A stretch of DNA of 64,000 nt from the NCBI GenBank assembly GCA_963735035.1, contig CAVTJJ010000003.1, positions 768,001 through 832,000 on the forward strand, written 5' to 3'. The stretch comes from an uncultured candidate division Zixibacteria bacterium. GTDB lineage: Bacteria; Zixibacteria; MSB-5A5; GN15; FEB-12. Within the stretch, counting starts at the first letter, position 1; every line of letters begins with the position of its first letter. Of this stretch, positions 27,185-37,947 are shown piece by piece. The position numbers and the translations under genes were made by a program. The notes beneath the pieces were generated by a model that saw only the letters and a program-made list of their open reading frames with translations, was not told the DNA's origin and made no database searches.

Positions 27185-29807
27185 CTATTTCTTGAGGAGT
27201 TCCATGAGCTTCGTAATCAGTAATTGAGGTTCGACCGGCGACGGGGTGCCGCCCTGGGCGAAATTCGGTTTGCCGCCGCCGCGACCGCCGTGCTCGGCCA
27301 GTAAGTCACGGAGTAGCTTGCCGGCGTCGATTTTCGAGCCATCGATTGCTGCCGCACTGGCCGCCAACATCACCGCCATCTTGCCCTGAGTGATTCCGGT
27401 CCCGAGAGCCACTACCGCGTGGTTCATCTCCTTGCGCGAGTCAATCCAGGCCGACATCGTCTCGCGATCGGTTTCGCCGAAATCGTGTGTCCAGAGTGAG
27501 AGAGCGCCGATTTTTGTCTCGGTGCCTATCGATGCCCCCGCGCCGAAGACTAATTCGGTCTTGAGCTTCTTGATTTCTTTCTGCAGCGCAGAGTTGTCGC
27601 TGCGAAGTTGCTCCACTCCTGCCAACAAGTCTGATTCGGGGCGATTCACTGCGCCGGACAAACTGAGAACGAGCCGCTTCCGATCAAGCATCTGCTTTTG
27701 AGCCTCGCGGCCGGTGATAGCTTCAAGACGCCGGACCCCCGACGCGATTCCGGTTTCGACCGTAATGAAGAACGGCCCGATCTGGCCGGTGTTGGTCACA
27801 TGGGTGCCGCCGCAAAGTTCCTTGGAGAAACCAGGGACAGAGACAACTCGCACCGTGTCGCCATATTTCTCGCCGAACAACGCCATGGCGCCCGATTTCT
27901 TGGCTTCGGCAACCGGCATGATATCGGTGTTGACATCGACCGCCTTCAGAATCTGTTCGTTGACGAGCCGCTCTACCTCGGCGACTTCATCGGGTGTCAA
28001 CGGTTGATGATGCGAGAAATCGAATCGCAGTCTATCCGGACCGACATACGAGCCGGACTGCTTGACATGCTCCCCGAGGACTTTGCGCAGCGCGGCGTGA
28101 GCGAGATGGGTCGCGGTATGATTGCGCATGATGTCCCACCGGCGCTCGGCATCGACTTCGGCGGTGACCGAAATACCTGTGGGAATCTTCTCAGCGCTTC
28201 CTTTGATGACGATCCCCTCGTGGATATACCAGTCGCGATGCTGATACATCGCCTTTACCTGTATTTCCAGATTCTGGCCGACAATTCGACCCTGGTCGCC
28301 AATCTGGCCACCCGACTCGACATAGAAGGGTGTCTTGTCAAGAATGAGACACACGTCCGCCGTATCCACGGTGTCGTTAGACTTTCTACGATAGAGAATC
28401 TTCGCGTCTGTGGACAACGCTTCACGAATGAAATTCGTAGGTCCTACATCGGGCGGTTCTTTTTCGAGAATCTGTTGCATCGTTCCGGCATGAGATTGAA
28501 ACACCCCGGCCGACCGCGAACGCTCCTGCTGCGCGCGTCATCGCCTTGTCAAAACCTTCACGATCGAGCGTCAGCTTATGCTCCGCGGCGATAGTCTCTG
28601 TCAGATCGTACGGAAAACCATAGGTGTCGTAGAGCTTGAAGACATCACCACCGGGGATGACATTGCTCCCGGTTGACCTTACTTCTTTCGCCAATGTTCC
28701 AAGAAGCTCAAGGCCCGTATCCAGCGTGCGCGCGAATGATTCTTCTTCCGCCTTGATCACGCTGATAACATAATCCTGCTTCTGCTTGATCTCCGGAAAG
28801 ACACCGCCCATCTCGCCCACCAGCGCCGGCACCAGTTTGTGCAGGAACGGCTCTTTGGCGCCTAACTCACGTCCATGACGGGCGGCGCGGCGAAGAATCC
28901 GCCGCAGAACATACCCTCTCCCCTCGTTGGAGATGCCGGCCCCGTCGGCCAGAGCAAACGTCAGCGCCCGGATATGATCCGCCACTACATGATGCGACGG
29001 CACATGGTCCTGATATTTCGAGCCGGTTATTTCGGAGATCGCCTTGATCAGCGTCTGGAATATGTCTATGCCGTAGTTGCTGTCTGCTCCCTGCATAATC
29101 GCGGCGATTCGTTCGAGCCCGGCACCCGTGTCCACCGACGGTTTCGGCAGCTTCACCAGCTTGCCGTCGGGCGTCTGCTCGTACTGCATGAACACGAGAT
29201 TCCAGATTTCGACAAACCGGTCGGACTCGCCGTTGACTTTGTCTTCGGGCCCGTCGCCGAATTTCACGCCCCGATCAAAATGAATCTCAGAACAGGGTCC
29301 GCACGGACCGATATCGCCCATCGACCAGTAGTTGTCCTTCTTGCCGAACCGAAGCACCCGGCCGTTTTTCAACTCCGGCGCGATCTTGCCCCAGAGACGG
29401 TAGGCTTCATCATCGTCGAGATAGACGGTCGCGTACAGCCGGTCCTTGGGAAGTTGCAGGACTTTGGTGACCCATTCCCAGGCGTACTCGATAGCCTCGG
29501 CCTTGAAATAGTCACCGAACGAGAAATTCCCGAGCATCTCGAAGAACGTATGGTGCCGGGCGGTGAAGCCGACATTGTCGAGATCGTTGTGTTTGCCGCC
29601 GGCGCGGATGCATTTCTGCGACGAGGTCGCGCGCGGAAAATCCGGTTTGCGTTTGCCGGTGAAAATATCCTTGAACTGGTTCATCCCCGCGTTGGTGAAC
29701 AGAATCGTAGGGTCGTCGAACGGGACAACCGGCGAGGATTCTACCAGGCGATGGTCATGTTTCTGAAAATAGTCCAGAAACGACTGTCTGACATCTGCGG
29801 TCCTAAT
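27185..29807 (-). CDS. alaS: Alanyl-tRNA synthetase, split by a frameshift near 28533 (probable sequence error)
   Basis: FTNAGMNQFK, HHTFFEMLGNFSFGDYFK, DTGAGLER, FKLYDTYGFP in ORF 28422-29921; RNHTATHL, ELCGGTHV, GGRGGGKPNFAQGG in ORF 27185-28504. Confidence 0.95.
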
Positions 29808-30498
29808 CGTCGTCTGCCTTTCCTGAGGTGCCAAAAACTTCTTCAAAGGCGGCGCGGGCCGTCTCATAGCCGAAACCGCGCCGGGAGAGGTAACTATACG
29901 CCTTGCTGCGTACGGATTCAACCTCTATCTGGTCGGGAACCGGCCACCTCAGACGAAGCGCCCGCACGGCGTTCTCGACCGTCTCGGTTCCTTCGAGCAG
30001 CATATCCACCGCCTGCTCGGCGGTTATCCGCTCGATCATCTTCTTCCGTAGCAGAGCAATCAGGAATGACCGTCCCGACGGCTTCCGTTCGAGCGCCCGA
30101 CGCGCCAGCGCCAGCGCCAGGCGGGCGTCATCGACCAATCCCTTTGAGGCGTATTTCGTGATAGTCGCCGCCGTCAACTTCTCGGTGAACCCTTTGCGTC
30201 GCAATTTCAGCCGCAATTCACCTGCCGAGTGTTCGCGCAACGCCAGCAGGCGAGCGATCTCGCGGTCGCACAGGAATCGTTCTGATTCGTCCACCAGCGA
30301 GTTCACCTGGGCCAGTGTAATTACAACGCCCGCTTTGAGATTGTATTGGTAGACCAGTTCGATTGGCAGAAACAGGGGGTCGGGAAGGTCAGAAAGGGTG
30401 ACACGGAATCCGCCCGGTTTTTCTTCGACGGCGGTTATTCTCGATTGATTGACCATCCTCTGTGTGCTCTCCGAAACGGCACGATAATAGTCCGGCAT
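29803..30498 (-). CDS. recX: Regulatory protein RecX
   Basis: LALREHSAGELRLKLRRKGF, GLVDDARLA, YLSRRGF; adjacent to alaS; start uncertain. Confidence 0.85.
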   Translation of the reverse strand: MPDYYRAVSESTQRMVNQSRITAVEEKPGGFRVTLSDLPDPLFLPIELVYQYNLKAGVVITLAQVNSLVDESERFLCDREIARLLALREHSAGELRLKLRRKGFTEKLTAATITKYASKGLVDDARLALALARRALERKPSGRSFLIALLRKKMIERITAEQAVDMLLEGTETVENAVRALRLRWPVPDQIEVESVRSKAYSYLSRRGFGYETARAAFEEVFGTSGKADDD

Positions 30499-30556
30499 GG
30501 CCGGAGAAACAAAAATTGCCGGTTGCTGACTGACGACCTACGGTCACTATCAGCTA

Positions 30557-30803
30557 GTGCCCGGCAGATGTCCACATCTGCCGGCTTCAGACCCCGTCAC
30601 CCTGAGCCTGTCGAAGGGTGAAGTCATCGTAGGGCAGAACCCCTTGTCGTTCTGCCAGTAGGTCAGGAGGCCTTAGCCTCCTGACAAATTCCCTCGGATC
30701 GGAGAGGCGTCAGGAGCCTAAGGGCTCCTGACCTACCAGGACCGTGCGCGGCACACGTCCCGTGTGCCCGTATCCCTGCAGACGAGGACGTCTGCCGGGC
30801 ACA
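30557..30803. repeat. Cluster of REP-like palindromic repeats
   Basis: GTGCCCGGCAGATGTCCACATCTGCCGG, GTCACCCTGAGCCTGTCGAAGGGTGA, GTAGGGCAGAACCC..GTTCTGCC and an inverted pair GTAGGTCAGGAG..CTCCTGAC; most families recur elsewhere in the window. Confidence 0.85.
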
Positions 30804-31064
30804 TAATGGGTCGCCCTGAGTCCCATCCGTCCCCCCCGGCAACATCCTACTTCATCGTACGCCATGATCTCAAAACCCGCGTCTGGCTCCGGAAATCAGG
30901 TTTCTGCGTCAAGTTGGTGGTTGACAGACCGGCAGCGTTTTCCTATCATGCTCCCAGACAAGTGGGGTGCTAACCTCGCTTCGGATATTAGGTTCATGTT
31001 TCGTTGAATTTCGAATTGTGGCATCGTACACAGATGCAGCAAGTTATCGAACAACTGCGACCTG

Positions 31065-31961
31065 ATGGCCCAAAATGAAGGACTAGACGCTTTGGATTTG
31101 CAGGGAAATATCGAGAAATTCGCCCTCGTGGAAATACTCCAGTTGCTGGCCGGCGGACGCAAATCGGGCACGCTCGGAATCCAGCACGACGACTCCATCA
31201 TCATGATCTATTTCGAGGCGGGCGATGTTGTCTACGCCTACGGCCCTCGCGAGACGTTCCATCTCGGCCAGCTCCTCAACGAACGGGGCAAGATCACCGA
31301 GACTCAGCTCGAAGAAGCTGTAGCGATCCAGGCCAAGAACGAGAATACTCGTCGCCTCGGCGAAATCCTGATGAGCATGGGGCATATCGACCGCGCCGAT
31401 CTTGAGTTGGTGGTGCGCGAACAAATTCAGGAATTACTCTACTCGATGCTTAGCTGGCGGAGCGGCTCGTTCAAATTCTACGAGAACCAATTCCCCACCA
31501 AAGAAGAAATCACCGTGTCGATCTCGGTCGAGAACGTTATTCTCGAAGGGTTACGTCGTCTCGACGAAGAAACCATGATCCGCGAAACGCTACCGAACCT
31601 CGACCAGGTCTTTCAAATTTCGACTTCGCAGGCGGGACGTACCCGCGCGGTAACCATGAAGGCGTCCGAGTGGAACGTCATGGCCATAGTTGACGGACAT
31701 CGGTCGATCAATCAGATCTGCGAGACCAGCCCGGTCGGCCGTCACGAGACTCTCAACCGGATCGCGCAACTGAAACTGGCCGGACTGATCGAGCCGGCTG
31801 AGCGACGCATGTTGCCCGCCGATGACACCAATCTCGAAAAGATGATCGCCGGGCTGAGCCGTCAGCTCGAAGAATACCTGACACAGAAAACGAAGACGGT
31901 CCCGACCGGACGCGCCGTCACACGCACTTTGATCGAAGAGGCGGTGAGTGAGTCGAACTGA
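31065..31961 (+). CDS. DUF4388 (PatA_N-like) domain protein
   Basis: LQGNIEKFALVEILQLL..RKSGTL, RLGEILMSMG, WRSGSFKF, ENVILEGLRRLDE. Confidence 0.85.
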   Translation: MAQNEGLDALDLQGNIEKFALVEILQLLAGGRKSGTLGIQHDDSIIMIYFEAGDVVYAYGPRETFHLGQLLNERGKITETQLEEAVAIQAKNENTRRLGEILMSMGHIDRADLELVVREQIQELLYSMLSWRSGSFKFYENQFPTKEEITVSISVENVILEGLRRLDEETMIRETLPNLDQVFQISTSQAGRTRAVTMKASEWNVMAIVDGHRSINQICETSPVGRHETLNRIAQLKLAGLIEPAERRMLPADDTNLEKMIAGLSRQLEEYLTQKTKTVPTGRAVTRTLIEEAVSESN

Positions 31962-32669
31962 CACGCTCAAATCATTCGAGGTCGTTCTCGAATCGTTTCT
32001 CGAACGGGCGGTCTCGCTGAAGACCGACCGTATTCAGGTGCTTGACGGCATCAACCGGCTGGACGATATCGCCGGGATGTTGCAGGGACCGGAAGGGATC
32101 GGCCGGGTCGAGCTCAGTGACCGGGTCGGCGACTGGTTTGCCCGTCACCAGAGATGGATCGAAGACGGCTCTTTGAGGACTTCCGACCGGACCCGAATCG
32201 CCCAGATTCTGGGCAATATTCGCAAAGAAGTCGAGCGCCCCGAAGACCGTACCCCGGCGTCCGAGAAGATTCTGTCAGAAATCAAGCGGTGGCAGACCGG
32301 GATTCTTTCGGGCGCGCCGCTGGAGACGATTTGTCGACTTCGAGTCGCAAAATCACCTACCGGAAAGGGCCGGAAGCCCTTGGTATGACAGGAGTTCACC
32401 CGTCGAGCGCGGATTCGATCGCCCTGTTCGCCGAGTCGCTCAAGATGATGGGAATCGTGTTCGAAGAGGCTTCCCGTGACCGGGGCCACCTGATGTCGGT
32501 TTTGGGCGACGCCCTGAATTCGGCGACCCTACAGAAGAACAGAGAGGCCTTGCTTTTGTCGGCCTTGATTGTATATTACCTCAAGCAAAACGGCTATATG
32601 GTTGAGCCGTTTGTGAAGCGGCTTAAGGAAGCCGAGCGTACGCAGAGAGAGGTGGGCGTCGATGCTTGA
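31948..32669 (+). CDS. Hypothetical helical protein, probably one gene with a frameshift near 32330
   Basis: Overlapping ORFs 31948-32388 and 32154-32669, coupled to both neighbours. Confidence 0.55.
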
Positions 32670-32916
32670 TCCCCACGAAAAGGCCTATTTGCAGGCTCTG
32701 CAGGCGCTTCGCGACAAACAGTATCAGCAGGCTGTCGGTTTTTTCGACCAGGCAGCGGAATTCTTCGTAAATAATCAGGAATTCAACCTGCTGAGGGAAA
32801 CCACCCGCCTCCTTTTGGAGGTTAAAGGTGAGTTGGCCGCGACCGAAGTAAAGAGAAGTGAATTATTGATTCCTGAGGAGATATCGATCAATGGCAAAGA
32901 AACAATCATTCCTTGA
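32662..32916 (+). CDS. Small hypothetical TPR-like protein
   Basis: AYLQALQALRDKQYQQAVGFF; overlaps both neighbours. Confidence 0.6.
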   Translation: MLDPHEKAYLQALQALRDKQYQQAVGFFDQAAEFFVNNQEFNLLRETTRLLLEVKGELAATEVKRSELLIPEEISINGKETIIP

Positions 32917-33079
32917 CAAGGCTGCGAAGAAGAAATTCGCGTCGTTCTGCCCGATCTGTGAAGGTGAAATTGCACGGATCAAGCAGGTGAAGGCTGAGAA
33001 GGGTCCGAACGGGGCCTGGAAGTTCCGCACGCAGAACGTCGGTGTCTGCAAGTGCAACGAGAAAGAAGTCTACGCGTAG
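32891..33079 (+). CDS. Small basic Cys-containing protein, possibly DUF4295/bL38-like
   Basis: MAKKQSF...CPICE..IKQVKAEK..NGAWKF..VCKC; GAGGAG RBS; followed by a terminator. Confidence 0.7.
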   Translation: MAKKQSFLDKAAKKKFASFCPICEGEIARIKQVKAEKGPNGAWKFRTQNVGVCKCNEKEVYA

Positions 33080-33110
33080 TTTATTCGACGCGTGACATCG
33101 TCACAAACTG

Positions 33111-33140
33111 AAAAACTCCCGCCCTCGCGGGAGTTTTTTT
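33111..33140 (+). terminator. Intrinsic (bidirectional-type) terminator
   Basis: AAAAACTCCCGC-CCTC-GCGGGAGTTTTTTT. Confidence 0.85.
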
Positions 33141-33191
33141 GTATGTGGGGGATTTTCGACTATCTATTTTCTCCATCCCCGCTCTTATCTG

Positions 33192-34202
33192 TCATGCCCC
33201 GGCTTGACCGGGGCTGGATTCACATTTGAAGTGCAACAGTTCGAGCCAAAAGAACTCTGCTGGAGTGAGGAAGTCCAGGCATTTTCGAGGCGTGTTATTG
33301 TAGATTTGAAAGAAGTCTGCGAACCGTCTCGGCGAGAGTTTGGTCAAGTCGGTTGACCGAGGGAGTCGGCGTCGGAGGCGACCGATTCCATTTTCGACGC
33401 CGCCTTTCTGCCAGGGTGAGTAGGTGTTACAGAAGTAGGTCTCGATGTCGTGGTCATGGAGTCGGTAGTGCTGGCCGAACTCGGGACCGTTATCGAAGGT
33501 GATGGTCTGTCGCCAGGCGGGCGGCAAGGGTGCCAGGAGAGTGCACATGGCCTTAGCAACCGAGGCGGCATCTTTGGCGGGTAGCTTAACCCCCATCATC
33601 AGGCGTGAGTGTCGCTCATGAAGGACGAGGACGCTCTGATCGGGTTTTCGGAAGTTCATGAGATCACCTTCCCAGTGTCCTGGTGTTTTCCGGCTCTTGG
33701 CGCTCTTCGGCCGCGCGGAGATAGGGCACCGCAGGGCTATAGACGACGTCGACCGACCTCTCTTGCACCCTCGCCAGCTACGTCTGGCTCGGCCACGGAT
33801 CAGTAAGTACCGCCAAGTGTAATCCTTAGTACGGGCGATCTGCGCGTAGATAAACCGGTAGATCGTTTCGTAGGAAATCACCTTCCGGCCCATCTCCACG
33901 GCCAGCCTTCCCGCGACCAACTCCGGAGACAAACCATTAGCTAGTCCCATCACTACCATGTCGCGCAGTTCTGGACGGCGATCCAATTTGGAGCCGGTCC
34001 AACGCCGGGCACGGCTCTGGTCGTTGGCATAGGCGGGCAGGTAACCGCTTTGTCGGCTGCGATTTCGCCTTATCTCCCGAGCAATGGTCGATGGCGCGCG
34101 ATCCAGAGCTGCCGCGATTTGCCGGAGCGACCGCCCGTTGGTGTGTAAGCGGGCAATCTCACACCGCTCTTCAAGATTGATCTGTGCATATCTTCGTTCC
34201 AT
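33192..34202 (-). CDS. IS30-family DDE transposase
   Basis: HTH SLRQIAAALDRAPSTIAREIRRN; ISYETIYRFIY; GHWEGD, TITFDNGPEF, QKGGVENG, NNTPRKCL. Confidence 0.93.
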   Translation of the reverse strand: MERRYAQINLEERCEIARLHTNGRSLRQIAAALDRAPSTIAREIRRNRSRQSGYLPAYANDQSRARRWTGSKLDRRPELRDMVVMGLANGLSPELVAGRLAVEMGRKVISYETIYRFIYAQIARTKDYTWRYLLIRGRARRSWRGCKRGRSTSSIALRCPISARPKSAKSRKTPGHWEGDLMNFRKPDQSVLVLHERHSRLMMGVKLPAKDAASVAKAMCTLLAPLPPAWRQTITFDNGPEFGQHYRLHDHDIETYFCNTYSPWQKGGVENGIGRLRRRLPRSTDLTKLSPRRFADFFQIYNNTPRKCLDFLTPAEFFWLELLHFKCESSPGQAGA

Positions 34203-34246
34203 GACAACACCTTTAACAGGTGTTGCACTTCGTTTGTGAACAGGGG
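33213..34246 (-). mobile_element. IS30-family insertion sequence
   Basis: Terminal inverted repeats GGATTCACATTTGAAGTGCAACA (ending 33238) and TGTTGCACTTCGTTTGTGAA (from 34221) flank the transposase; exact ends +/-2 nt. Confidence 0.88.
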
Positions 34247-35290
34247 GCACCCAAGAATTTGGTCGGGTTCACGAGTCGTGCGCACAGCGAACGACGAGAA
34301 ACCCGACGGGCGGTTATGCACAGCGGATCACTTCTTCGATAGCCGGCCTTACGGAGTTCGCTCAAATATGATTCGTTTCCTTCCCGTAGTTCTTCAGTTA
34401 GCTTGGGAGAGGATTGAGATAGTTTGAAACAAGCGACAGCTTCCCGCCTCCGTCCCTTGTAGTAGTTTGCCCTGCCTGCCATGGCAAAGATCTCAGCTTT
34501 GTACCACCAATCCGGAATCTCGCACGATCGTGCGGCTCTGTAGTGCACCAGTGTTCCTTTGTAGTCTCCCTTACGAAGGAGAACACGCATCTTATTGATG
34601 GTACTCTACGACCAGAGTTCGGCAACAAAGTCATCAACATTGATAGTATTGAGGAGGTTCTCGGCACTATTGTGATCGCCCACGTAGTCCAGGACGCGAC
34701 CACCAAAGCGGAAAGAGCTCTGTCTCTAGTCGTAATTCCTTGGGAGAATGCAAGAAGTATCCGACGCACGCGACCGTTCCAACGAACCTGAATCTACCGA
34801 AGCAATAGCACGAGACTTGAGAAGTCGTTATGCCAACTACGAGCCTTCGTCTTCTGACCAGGTGAAGCTGCTCTAAACTAATGAAAGCGAAAAGACGAGA
34901 TGCACGACGGTAAAATAGAAGAATATCCGTGTGGTGAAGCCTGAAGAATACTCAGACCTTCTTCTGCTCTGTTCACATCTGTCACCGATACGACCAGGTG
35001 AACTAGGCTTCTTCACAATTGCCACTCCACAGATGGCAAACGCGGATGAATCGATGTCGGTCGATCAACCTCGTCGGGGTATTCGGTCAAGAGGCGCACA
35101 AATACTTCGACGGCACCCCTGTATTCGTTCTGAGAGACCAGACGCAGTCTCCGCAAACAAGAGATCTCCGGTGTCCCGTTTGGGAGTGTGCTGGAATGTT
35201 CATCCCTACCTGTTGACAGGTACATTCACCAGCCGCTGCGAATAACGGATCAATATTACACTGCCCCGCGCTTCGTACTCGCATGCTGGA
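34213..35290 (-). pseudogene. Degraded or error-broken TPR-like gene
   Basis: Fragments EYRGAVEVFVRLLTEYP and AGRANYYKGRRREAVACF in separate ORFs with in-frame stops; lower GC. Confidence 0.35.
34261..34307. repeat. Palindromic repeat GGTCGGGTTCACGAGTCGT..GAACGACGAG.AACCCGAC
   Basis: Near-identical copy at 62221-62267. Confidence 0.8.
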
Positions 35291-35380
35291 ATAATAACTC
35301 ACCTTCGAACCCCCGTCAACCATTCTTGAATCCCACCATAATTGGTGGGCCACCCAGGACTATCCCGGAACCGGCAGGTT

Positions 35381-35668
35381 CCGTCACCCCGGTGAAAACC
35401 GGGGCCCAGTTATGGTCGATAGATCACCGTAGTAATGACGAGAATTCCCATCGCAGGGTCAGTCAAAGCATAAGCGTCAGTCTTCTTCCCAACACAACTG
35501 GGTTCTGGCTTCCGCCAGAATGACGGCCTGTCGGCCGTTAGCATACTTCCGGCGGGTTTGCGGCAAACCCGCCCTACCAACCGGGCATAGTAGGTCAGGA
35601 GCCCTTAGGCTCCTGACATTTGGTGCTCGACCCGTATCCTGTCAGGAGCCTAAGGGCTCCTGACCTAC
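35381..35668. repeat. REP-like palindrome cluster
   Basis: GTCACCCCGGTGAAAACCGGGG, GGCGGGTTTGCGGCAAACCCGCCCTAC and an inverted pair GTAGGTCAGGAGCC..GGCTCCTGAC matching 30658-30736. Confidence 0.8.
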
Positions 35669-35823
35669 AAGAATGGGCCACCCCACACGTTTCCCCACCC
35701 TTGAACCCTGGCCCACCGGAGCGTATATTCCGCCGATACGATGTCGGCACGTTCCGGAGGGCGCTCCAGACCGGGCCGACGTCGAACCAACATCGAACCA
35801 GCGCAAACGAATAGCAAAGACCG

Positions 35824-36570
35824 ATGGCCGCAGACCGATTCACAGAGCCAAATTCGAAAACAGAGCGGCCCAATCCGTCACGGAAGCAGGTCTACAAGAT
35901 GTTCGACCGGATCGCCGGACGGTACGACCTGCTCAATCGGCTCCTGTCCAGCGGTATCGACCGTCGCTGGCGCGCCCGCATGGCCCGAATGTTGCCTCAG
36001 CGTGACAATCTCGAAGTGCTCGATCTGGCGTCCGGCACGGCCGACCAGTTGATTGCGCTGGCCGATACCGGCCGGGTGGCACGCGGAGTCGGCCTCGACC
36101 TCGCCGAACAGATGCTTGCAATTGGCCGTGACAAAATCAAAAGGCGTGGGCTCGATGACAAACTGACGCTGAGTGTCGGCGACGCCGAGAATCTACAGTT
36201 ACAGTCGGCTACGTTCGACACGGTCACGATTACATTCGGCATACGCAACATGACCGACACCGCACGAACACTCGCAGAGATGCACCGCGTGCTCAAACCG
36301 GGCGGACGGGCACTGATACTCGAGTTCTCATTGCCCTCAAATGGATTCGTGCGCCGCTGCTATCTGATCTACCTGCGACATATTCTTCCCCGGCTCGGAG
36401 CGTTGATTTCGGGCGATGCCTCGGCGTATCGCTATCTTAACGAGACGATTGAGACTTTCCCCTACGGTGATGCTTTCTGCCAACTTATGACACGGGCCGG
36501 ATTCACGAGTGTCACCTGCACGCCGCTGACTTTCGGGATAGCATCGATCTACCAGGGGGACAAGCAGTGA
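35824..36570 (+). CDS. ubiE: Demethylmenaquinone methyltransferase (UbiE/MenG)
   Basis: MFDRIAGRYDLLNRLLSSGIDRRWR, VLDLASGTAD, FGIRN, RVLKPGG, AYRYLNETIETFP. Confidence 0.93.
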   Translation: MAADRFTEPNSKTERPNPSRKQVYKMFDRIAGRYDLLNRLLSSGIDRRWRARMARMLPQRDNLEVLDLASGTADQLIALADTGRVARGVGLDLAEQMLAIGRDKIKRRGLDDKLTLSVGDAENLQLQSATFDTVTITFGIRNMTDTARTLAEMHRVLKPGGRALILEFSLPSNGFVRRCYLIYLRHILPRLGALISGDASAYRYLNETIETFPYGDAFCQLMTRAGFTSVTCTPLTFGIASIYQGDKQ

Positions 36571-37947
36571 ACCAGGACGTCGCCGCCAGACTCTCTGCCG
36601 CACTTGACACGTTCACCCACGATCGGACGTCATCGTCGGATAGTCATCCGCGCATACATCGTATCGTAATCGATATCGATCCAATTGATCCGCTCGACTG
36701 GCTGAGGGCGAATTCGCAAAACGACGGCATCTACTGGCAGGACCGCGATGACAGCGCGCGAATAGCCGCAATCGGCGAGGCTGACAGCGTAACGATTACG
36801 AATCATGGGGACCTGCAAGAAGCGCTGCGGCGAATCACGAGGACGCTCAAGCGCGCGGATCCGGGGATAAGGTATTTCGGCGGCCTTCGCTTCGATCCTG
36901 AGCGGCCGGAGTCTAGGCGAGATAATCGCTGGGATCGGTTCGCGATCGCCCGGTTCGTTCTCCCTCGTTTCGAGATCATTGCCGCAGACGGTAAGTGTTA
37001 TCTGGCCTGCAATTTCCTGGCGGAAGAAACCGGGACGACGGCTACTGCGAAAATAATCGAGGCGGCGCGACAACTCCGATTCGACCCGCTGTCCGCTCCG
37101 TCAGAAACTCCGCCCCTGCTCGCGCGCGCTGACTCTCCTGACCGGGCTCAATGGAACGACTTGATTGCTGACATGCTCAAAGCATTCACGCGGGGTGAGT
37201 GCGACAAATTGGTGTTGGCGCGCCGCACCACGTTGGAATTCGGCAACGCGGTCGATCCCTGGCATCTGCTCAAGCGCCTTCGCGACCTGAACAAGCACTG
37301 CTTCGTATTCGGTTTCCAGCCCGACCGTTCGGCTACGTTCATAGGTGCGTCGCCGGAACGACTATACAGCCGCACCGCCGACCGTATTCTGACCGAGGCT
37401 CTCGCCGGGACCCGCCCAGCCGTCGCCGACAAGTCCGCTGACAGCGCTTTCGCCGCCGAACTGCTCGAGTCGGCCAAGGATCGGCGCGAACATGAGTTGG
37501 TTGTCGATGGGGTTGCGGCGGCACTTGACCGTGTATGCGAGCGATATTCGATCACCGAATCGCGCGGGTTGCTCCGGCTGCAATCGCTTCAGCATCTGAT
37601 AACGCGCTTCGAGGGACAGCTTCGGAACCATGTTGACGACTGTCAATTGTTGTCAGCACTCCACCCCACTCCGGCGGTGGGGGGAACACCCGGAGATCGA
37701 CGCCGTCGAGCACCTGCGAGCACTTGAGCCGATTGACCGGGGCTGGTACGCCGGACCGGTCGGCTGGATCGGCGCCGACCGCGCCGAGTTTGCTGTGGCG
37801 ATCCGTTCGGCATTGATCCACGACCGCCAGATTGATATCTTTGCGGGGGCCGGGATCGTGGCCGGTTCCGACGCCGATATCGAATGGATCGAAGTTGAAA
37901 ACAAGATCATTCCGTTTCTGATACTACTTTACAGCGGACGACCATGA
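36567..37947 (+). CDS. menF: Isochorismate synthase, frameshift near 37690
   Basis: KLVLARR, FIGASPERL, EALAGT, KDRREHELVV, LHPTPAVGGTP, then RGWYAGPVGW, AGAGIVAGS in the next frame. Confidence 0.88.

Noticed and set aside
28422..28560. Programmed frameshift or naturally split alaS
   Set aside because: No slippery site; the break is in a GC dinucleotide run and similar breaks are widespread, so an error is more likely
28875..30161. Long plus-strand ORF and similar antisense ORFs (e.g. 6882-7892, 40502-41383, 50063-51202)
   Set aside because: Shadows of well-supported opposite-strand genes in GC-rich DNA
30557..30803. CRISPR array
   Set aside because: Repeats belong to different families, are inverted and irregularly spaced; they are REP-like
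34590..34740. Stop-codon readthrough (in-frame TAGs in a TPR-like frame)
   Set aside because: Many intact genes here end in TAG; the region looks degraded or error-rich
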